In this document: positions 14,908 to 20,000 of the stretch, in pieces
Layout of the letters: every line of letters starts with the position of its first letter
Numbering within the stretch: the stretch's first letter is position 1
IMG/VR virus record: IMGVR_UViG_3300021142_000026
Source of the DNA: an uncultured virus (IMG/VR IMGVR_UViG_3300021142_000026)
Taxonomy: Duplodnaviria; Heunggongvirae; Uroviricota; Caudoviricetes
Length of the DNA: 20,000 nt
Reading direction: 5' to 3' (one strand)
Program-made: the position numbers and the translations under genes
Notes under the pieces: model-generated
What the model was told of the DNA's origin: nothing
The model's database searches: none
The model's input: only the letters and a program-made list of their open reading frames with translations

Positions 14908-14923
14908 AATGACCTTCTCAACC
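14908..14923 (-). promoter_or_regulatory. Conserved 16-bp leader motif, portal copy
   Basis: GGTTGAGAAGGTCATT followed by CAA-ATG; identical copies at 16791-16806 and 17961-17976. Confidence 0.75.
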
Positions 14924-14966
14924 CAGGGGCCAATGTTAATATGAAGTATGTAGGTATTGGAGTAGA

Positions 14967-16775
14967 TTAGCGAAGGACGCGTATGCCAAGCTTCTTAGAA
15001 CCACCAGTGGAGGAGCGTCCCTTAGCAGCAGAGTCACGCCCCCAAGTACCAGCACCAGATCTAAAAGGAACTTCGTCAGCTTTGACGCGTTCTTCTGCGG
15101 CAGTGGAATATCCTTTGGCATTGCGCTGTCTTTCGTCTTTAGCCTGAAGCCGCTCTTGAACGGCTGCAGCTGAGCGAGAACGACCCCACGCACCACCTAA
15201 GGGGCGCTTACCAGTTACATCATTATATAATGAAGCAGCTGCGTCCATCAAGTCATCATGAGCGCCTTCCGGGAAGACCGCAAACTCGTCAATGAACTTG
15301 TTGACCCAACCAACCTTAGAGTAGTCCGATGGATCATCCACGACAAAGACTATCTGGTGTTTTTCCGTTGCAGCCAGGAAAGGCTGTGATTTAAGCAGTT
15401 TACTGCCTTCCGAAGCAGCCTTGACAACGCGGAGTTTGCGGTAAGGGCAAAGAGTCTTGAAATGCTCGACCGCATAGATGCCAGAACTTCCAGGCTCTTG
15501 CTCCAGAATATATTCCACGTCAGGATGATCGCCACCGTTTGATTCCAGATCAGCAGCTTCAGAGAAGACATCCTCGACTCGTCCAGCTGAGAACTGTCCA
15601 TGAATTGCACCTTCGACGTAGAGCTTCTCGGTCTCAATATCGTATGTGCCGAGTACTCCAGCAGTGAAATCTCCGGCTTCTTTAGTGGAAGCAAGATCCC
15701 ATGAGCGGCGCCTTTTAAAACGTCTCCGTTGTGCCGTAGCACTGAATCCTGCAAGGAACTCTTCATATTCCCTTCGGCCAATGAAACGGAGATTCTGAAC
15801 ATTAGTTGCTGAAGCGTCAGAATCATTGGGATTCTGCTGGAACATAGCTTCAAACCAACGTGCACCAAGTTCATCAATGATGTCCTCGAGTGCCTCACGA
15901 CCATAGCGCTCTGGGAAGAGGGGAGTGCCAGGGGCTCGGCCAAGGAGATCGGGGTAAGAGGGGTCATCGACCCATTCACCAGTATCGCGGTCCTTCTTAC
16001 CCGCAATTGCCTTGATCTTGATGATCCGGTAAAATTTACGAGAGCGCCGCATCTCGAGTCGTTCGATGTGTCCGTGCAAGTCATTGGTAACCCAGCGCGT
16101 TGCAACGATAATGACGACCGCACCTGGTTCCAGTCGGGTTCTTGCGACAGTAGCGTACCAGGTTTTAAGTGACTCAAGGTATTGGTGGTTGAGCGCTTCC
16201 TTAGGTTCCTTAATATAGTCGTCAATGATAAAGACATTTGCGCCTCGCCCAGTGATAGTGCCTCGGAGACCCACAGCCTTCAAACCACCACCTTGCTCCG
16301 TGACGAAGTTGGCAGCTCTATCGACATCGCGCCGAATGCGGACCGAAAGCTTGGATTGGTTAGCCTTGATGATGTCTTTCACTTCCCGAGTGAAGTCCGT
16401 CGACAGATCTTCACCATAGGTAGAGACAATGACGTTCTTCTCGGGGAAGTTCTCCAAGGTCCAGAGTGGAGTAGCCACAGTGATGAGCTTAGACTTCCCA
16501 TGTCTAGGAGGGGCCGACACTAACAACCCACAACCACCTCTGGCGATGGCACTTGCAATCTCAGCTCCCAGGTACTGCAAGAAGGGCGCAGGAGTCCACC
16601 AATCACACAGTTCTGACATTAGCGTAGCAGGCGTAAGCTTGTAGTTCCCTATGAGTTGGGCGATCTGAGCTTGGGAGAGCCGATTATCCTGTCCACTTCC
16701 AGCTGCAGCCTTGGCAGCCAAGTCGTGAATGTGTTGTTGATCGAATGCCTGTTGATCATAAGGAACTTGTGTCAT
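14967..16775 (-). CDS. terL: Terminase large subunit
   Basis: Walker A SAPPRHGKS, ITGRGA, Walker B IIDDYIK, motif III ATRW...DLHG, FQQNP; nuclease acidic residues in SWDLAS..GDFTAG and HDDLMDA. Confidence 0.95.
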   Translation of the reverse strand: MTQVPYDQQAFDQQHIHDLAAKAAAGSGQDNRLSQAQIAQLIGNYKLTPATLMSELCDWWTPAPFLQYLGAEIASAIARGGCGLLVSAPPRHGKSKLITVATPLWTLENFPEKNVIVSTYGEDLSTDFTREVKDIIKANQSKLSVRIRRDVDRAANFVTEQGGGLKAVGLRGTITGRGANVFIIDDYIKEPKEALNHQYLESLKTWYATVARTRLEPGAVVIIVATRWVTNDLHGHIERLEMRRSRKFYRIIKIKAIAGKKDRDTGEWVDDPSYPDLLGRAPGTPLFPERYGREALEDIIDELGARWFEAMFQQNPNDSDASATNVQNLRFIGRREYEEFLAGFSATAQRRRFKRRRSWDLASTKEAGDFTAGVLGTYDIETEKLYVEGAIHGQFSAGRVEDVFSEAADLESNGGDHPDVEYILEQEPGSSGIYAVEHFKTLCPYRKLRVVKAASEGSKLLKSQPFLAATEKHQIVFVVDDPSDYSKVGWVNKFIDEFAVFPEGAHDDLMDAAASLYNDVTGKRPLGGAWGRSRSAAAVQERLQAKDERQRNAKGYSTAAEERVKADEVPFRSGAGTWGRDSAAKGRSSTGGSKKLGIRVLR

Positions 16776-16790
16776 ATAGTGGCCTTTTTA

Positions 16791-16806
16791 AATGACCTTC
16801 TCAACC
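16791..16806 (-). promoter_or_regulatory. Conserved 16-bp leader motif, terL copy
   Basis: GGTTGAGAAGGTCATT 15 nt upstream of the terL ATG. Confidence 0.75.
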
Positions 16807-16902
16807 TCGCGGTGAAAAGTTGTAGACTTCGTTAGTCCTATAGTCTTATGACATTGGGAGTCTAGTGTCGTCTTATGAGGTGGTTAAGCGTCGAGTAGCA
16901 AC

Positions 16903-17958
16903 TTAAGCGTCGTCTTGGATGACCTTGTGAGTGCCTTCAATCACCTTGGCTTGAGACCCGTTGGGTTGACCCCCTGCGCTTCCCATATCAATTCCTGTTG
17001 GCGCCTCAGTGCCACGCCGCACTTGAATGATGAGAGACTGAGCCTGCATTGCGAAATTTGGGTCTGACATGAGTAGCCGCAAGTTGCTGTCAATTCCGGT
17101 GGCGCTTGATCCTTGGGCGATGTTCTTCGTAAGGTCTCGCATGAGGTCAGCGCCAGAAGCCCCAGCCATAACATCAGAGACACCAGCAATTTGTTGGCGG
17201 CCATTTTGGTGTTCCCCCATTGAAATACGCTGGATACTGACAAGATCCTTCAAGGAACGCAGCGCCTCTGCAGGCGTCAGATTACGATAGAACGTCTCAC
17301 CTTGTTCTGCGATCATGTTCTGGATGTCTTGGATTAGAGACTCCGCAATCTTAAAGTGCTTGTCTTCAGTCCGACGCACACGCATCTCACGCTTCTTGCG
17401 TTCCGCAGCTACTTGGAACAGATCATAGGCGCGACTTCTTTGACCCCAATAGTATTCCAAGGCCCACGAGGAGATGCGTTCTAGCGGGAGGTTCTCGTCC
17501 AATGCAAGCAATTGGAGTTGGCGGAGCCCAATATCCTCAGCTTGTTCCAAATAACGTCGAAACACGCCGTATGCTTCTAGAGGCTCGTGAGGAAGTTGCA
17601 TCCAGAAGATCTGTGCTTTGGTCTTACCAAAGGTAGGATAGCCTTCGTCATAGTATAAGGTAACGGCAGCAGAGTCAACATCGTCTTGGGTCATAGAGCC
17701 CAAGTTATGTGGTAACAGGTCACTACGATAGAAGAAGGTCGGTAGCTGGTATTCGTTCGTCGGGATCTGTTGGCTGATGTAATAAATTGCGTCCGCCCTG
17801 GAGGCACCTTCCGGCAACAGGATGCGCTGGAAGCCAAGAGACGTGTCCATCAAGTGTTGACGGGCTTGCTCGTCCACTTCATCTTGAGTTAGTTCTGACT
17901 GGCTGCCTAGACCGTCATCATACGGATCCGGCGTTCCAAGTGCGTCATCGCTTGCCAT
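16903..17958 (-). CDS. Putative terminase small subunit (unusually long)
   Basis: 351 aa immediately upstream of terL; segment W.QLPHEPLEAYGVFRRYL...RQL...ISSW...YYWGQRSRAYD followed by a long charged helix resembles TerS-like HTH and oligomerisation regions. Confidence 0.6.
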   Translation of the reverse strand: MASDDALGTPDPYDDGLGSQSELTQDEVDEQARQHLMDTSLGFQRILLPEGASRADAIYYISQQIPTNEYQLPTFFYRSDLLPHNLGSMTQDDVDSAAVTLYYDEGYPTFGKTKAQIFWMQLPHEPLEAYGVFRRYLEQAEDIGLRQLQLLALDENLPLERISSWALEYYWGQRSRAYDLFQVAAERKKREMRVRRTEDKHFKIAESLIQDIQNMIAEQGETFYRNLTPAEALRSLKDLVSIQRISMGEHQNGRQQIAGVSDVMAGASGADLMRDLTKNIAQGSSATGIDSNLRLLMSDPNFAMQAQSLIIQVRRGTEAPTGIDMGSAGGQPNGSQAKVIEGTHKVIQDDA

Positions 17959-17960
17959 TG

Positions 17961-17976
17961 AATGACCTTCTCAACC
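17961..17976 (-). promoter_or_regulatory. Conserved 16-bp leader motif, terS copy
   Basis: GGTTGAGAAGGTCATT followed by CA-ATG. Confidence 0.75.
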
Positions 17977-18001
17977 TCACGTGTGTCTGGGTCTTCTATA
18001 T

Positions 18002-18030
18002 AATATAACATGTCTTCGAGGCCATAGCAA
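18002..18030 (-). promoter_or_regulatory. Sigma70-type promoter for the packaging operon
   Basis: Minus strand TTGCTA-N17-TATATT with extended -10 TGn; the -10 box ends 43 nt before the terS ATG. Confidence 0.7.
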
Positions 18031-18387
18031 GATGGTCCTTTAAGGTCTTTTGAATAGGAAAGGTTTAAAAATTTAAATTTAAATGTACTAATAGTATTGG
18101 ATTAGTAAGTCTTTTCAAATTTTATTTCTACCTGTCCCTGTGCCTCCCATTTGTTTTACCTGGTAGAATTTTTGGGGCGTACCAGCAAATAAAAAGCAAG
18201 TATTGCATTTCGTTGTTTTAACTATAGACAATAGTATTCAACAATAGATTTTCATATCGATAGTATAGATGCAAGTAACAAAAACCACATTAGAAGTAAC
18301 AAATCTCTATAACGAGCAAACGATACATCCTATTATATATTTGTGGAGAGCAATTAAGTAATCCACAAATAAAGAAGGAAGTAAATC
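18031..18387. promoter_or_regulatory. AT-rich divergent control region (possible genome end, pac site or origin)
   Basis: Non-coding; 11/60 GC in 18061-18120; contains palindromes and direct repeats; separates leftward structural genes from rightward small genes. Confidence 0.55.
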
Positions 18388-18594
18388 ATGTCTGGCAAAA
18401 CTAATGCAATCACTCTTCTGAACAACTCTTCAGTGATGGAGATCGTTGAATCGACAACGATGAGTAAATCTGCAAAGATTCGACTTCTCTATTCTCAAGG
18501 AAATGACAAATCAACTATAGCTAATCTTCTTGGAATTCGATATCAACACGTTCGCAATGTTCTTCTTCAACCTCTGAAGAGTGAACAACAGTAG
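18388..18594 (+). CDS. Small helix-turn-helix DNA-binding protein
   Basis: 68 aa; SKSAKIRLLYSQGNDKSTIANLLGIRYQHVRNVL is an HTH pattern; SD AAGGA. Confidence 0.75.
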   Translation: MSGKTNAITLLNNSSVMEIVESTTMSKSAKIRLLYSQGNDKSTIANLLGIRYQHVRNVLLQPLKSEQQ

Positions 18595-18637
18595 AGTAAG
18601 TAAAGAGAGAGTAGAGAAATCTACTCTCTCAACTCTA
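18592..18637 (+). other. Structured RNA element 1 (stem, asymmetric loop, stem, GAAA tetraloop)
   Basis: TAGAGT-AAGTAAA-GAGAGAGTAGA-GAAA-TCTACTCTCTC-A-ACTCTA; no U-tail. Confidence 0.7.
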
Positions 18638-18653
18638 ACCTTTGGAGAGCAAG

Positions 18654-18866
18654 ATGAATAGAGAAGATCTAGTTCAACAATTCTTAGACATCATCGTGAA
18701 TGATGATGCTCTAGTAGAAGCATCTCACAATTTCGCAGTATACAAGCTGATGCTCAAGTACGGCGAAAGTGTAGACATCACTAACGAGAAGTTCGAAGAC
18801 GAGTATTACTCGATCGTTAGTAGACATCAGAGAAGTATTCTACTTGATGTTATTAAAGTACTATAG
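18654..18866 (+). CDS. Hypothetical acidic helical protein (probable early gene)
   Basis: 70 aa from ATG 18654 with SD GGAG; bounded by the two stem-loops. Confidence 0.7.
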   Translation: MNREDLVQQFLDIIVNDDALVEASHNFAVYKLMLKYGESVDITNEKFEDEYYSIVSRHQRSILLDVIKVL

Positions 18867-18904
18867 TATAGAAGAGCTCTACGAAAGTAGAGCTCAACTA
18901 TAGT
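18860..18904 (+). other. Structured RNA element 2 (same architecture as element 1)
   Basis: ACTATAGT-ATAGAA-GAGCTCTAC-GAAA-GTAGAGCTC-A-ACTATAGT. Confidence 0.7.
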
Positions 18905-18914
18905 TTGTAGGATC

Positions 18915-19142
18915 AGGGCCTAAAGGCTCTGGTCCTACCTTTGTCCCAAACGGGGCCCTGGGACCAGGTCAGGACCATGTCGCCAAGGACCATGTCCGCT
19001 GCTTGCGGGGACCATGTCGCCACGCCCAAGGGCCCTAGGGACCAGGTACGTCGGACACGACATCTTCCTCTGGGACCTGGTCCTTATGGACATGGTAGGG
19101 CCTGGCAGGGACCTGGGCGGACGGTGCATAGATGACCTGGGG
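18915..19142. repeat. Array of degenerate GGACC-W-GGTCC palindromes, cluster 1
   Basis: Nine GGWCC sites between 18931 and 19113; GGACCATGTC three times (18972, 18987, 19009); perfect GGACCTGGTCC at 19073-19083. Confidence 0.8.
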
Positions 19143-19155
19143 CGCATTATGACTC

Positions 19156-19185
19156 TTGATGACCCCTTGTGGTCTGAGGTATAAT
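19156..19185 (+). promoter_or_regulatory. Sigma70-type promoter
   Basis: TTGATG-N18-TATAAT followed by a purine-rich leader with AAGGAGG. Confidence 0.65.
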
Positions 19186-19217
19186 ATATGGATAAGGTTG
19201 AGAGAAGGAGGACTAAG

Positions 19218-19553
19218 ATGACCAAGTATCCTTACCTGACAGGCCGTGGCCGATACGTCATGGACCATAGGGACATCAAATTGGCTCTGGGGCTTATACC
19301 GCCTATGGGGCCTAACGACAAGTACCTTAAGGACAAGAAGGTTCCTAAGGACGTGAGTACACCTTGGACCGAGATTGATGGTGTCATGGTGCGTTATATG
19401 ACGAGTGACTCGGCCAAACAGTTCTGGTGTCCAAACGGTGGTCGTAAGGGCATGTACATGAGAGCAATTGCGATCTGTCCAGATTGTCGTAAGATCGTGG
19501 CAGCGTCCAGGATCAATCAACACGCACGGGTTCATAAGTGGGCGAAGGGCTAA
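19218..19553 (+). CDS. Hypothetical protein with C-terminal C2H2-like zinc finger
   Basis: 111 aa from ATG 19218 with perfect SD AAGGAGG; CPDC-X11-HARVH. Confidence 0.75.
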   Translation: MTKYPYLTGRGRYVMDHRDIKLALGLIPPMGPNDKYLKDKKVPKDVSTPWTEIDGVMVRYMTSDSAKQFWCPNGGRKGMYMRAIAICPDCRKIVAASRINQHARVHKWAKG

Positions 19554-19556
19554 GAC

Positions 19557-19658
19557 ATGAACAGAGGTCCATTGTTTTCAGACCGATTCTATACGGTCGC
19601 GTTCATTACCATCATCGGTGCCTTGGCACTAGAGTTCGCAAGGGGCATGATCCTTTAG
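19557..19658 (+). CDS. Small single-pass membrane peptide (33 aa)
   Basis: MNRGPLFSDRFYTVAFITIIGALALEFARGMIL; starts 3 nt after the upstream stop, SD-like GAAGGG, ends just before a terminator; below the ORF-track cutoff. Confidence 0.55.
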   Translation: MNRGPLFSDRFYTVAFITIIGALALEFARGMIL

Positions 19659-19668
19659 ACAACAGACT

Positions 19669-19696
19669 AGAGAGGGCCGCAAGGCCCTTTCTTTTT
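19669..19696 (+). terminator. Intrinsic terminator
   Basis: AGAGAGGGCC-GCAA-GGCCCTTTCT followed by TTTT. Confidence 0.85.
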
Positions 19697-19704
19697 GACT
19701 ATGT

Positions 19705-19860
19705 GGGGACCAGGTCAGTCGGGCCATTAGGAGGAGCCTCCAATTAGACCACGGTATCAATAGAACAGTGGCTTGGTCCGGCAGGGACCTGGTCTAGATC
19801 CGACATCTAAGGACCTGGTCCATATCCAACGACAGCTGCCCTGGTGCCTTGGACATTGTA
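19705..19860. repeat. Array of degenerate GGACC-W-GGTCC palindromes, cluster 2
   Basis: GGWCC at 19707, 19775, 19785, 19811 and 19817; perfect GGACCTGGTCC at 19811-19821. Confidence 0.7.
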
Positions 19861-20000
19861 GTTTGTCAGTGGTCGCGAGTTGGCCGCGTTCATGCACAGG
19901 ACACAGGCCGTCACGGGCACGGTCATTTATGACAAAGACAGCGACATGGTCATTTAAGGGCAAACAGTCAATCTGACCGATCACTCAGACCAGTCAGAGA

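Noticed and set aside
14967..16775. Intein or intron in terL
   Set aside because: ATPase and nuclease motifs are normally spaced; the extra length lies in terminal extensions; no intein splice motifs seen.
16808..16902. Possible ncRNA or promoter between terS and terL
   Set aside because: Only weak alternative hairpins, a short TCTTATGA duplication and a poor -10 match; not enough support.
18915..19860. CRISPR or mini-CRISPR array
   Set aside because: Repeats are only 10-14 bp, degenerate and irregularly spaced; no constant-length spacers and no cas genes.
19921..19956. GGTCATTTA twice, plus partial matches at 12910-12922 and 18042-18054, resembling the 16-bp leader motif
   Set aside because: Only short partial matches lacking the GGTTGAGAA half; compatible with chance.
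18935..19984. ORFs 18935-19225, 18941-19135, 19035-19535, 19538-19747, 19757-19984 and 19773-19976
   Set aside because: They run through repeat arrays, a promoter or the terminator, or oppose a better gene, and have Pro/Arg/Gly-biased sequence without SD.
1..20000. Alternative genetic code or stop-codon recoding
   Set aside because: Standard-code ORFs tile the region densely and full-length, and TAA, TAG and TGA all serve as stops.

Overview
Part of a tailed dsDNA phage genome (Caudoviricetes). Bases 1-17958 are a leftward (minus-strand) packaging and head module: putative large TerS, TerL, DUF1073-type portal, then a block of about 9.6 kb with ten genes, then a DUF2213 prohead protease/scaffold, a head decoration protein, an HK97-fold major capsid protein and the start of the next gene. 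The block between portal and protease is unusual. It encodes a 1789-aa protein with four tandem jelly-roll/CBM-like modules followed by ~887 residues of ~18-aa repeats with no Asp or Glu, next to a fibre-collar-like subunit and a BppU-like adaptor; I propose it builds a ruler-templated head filament (inference). A shared 16-bp motif lies in the 5' leaders of terS, terL and portal, with a near-identical copy inside the protease gene. Beyond an AT-rich divergent control region (~18.0-18.4 kb) are small rightward, probably early, genes (HTH protein, unknown protein, C2H2-like zinc-finger protein, 33-aa membrane peptide). Two of them are followed by covarying GAAA stem-loops, and the zinc-finger cassette is flanked by arrays of a degenerate GGACC-W-GGTCC palindrome. 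No tRNA, CRISPR array, integrase or transposase was seen. All family assignments come from motif recognition by eye, not database searches.
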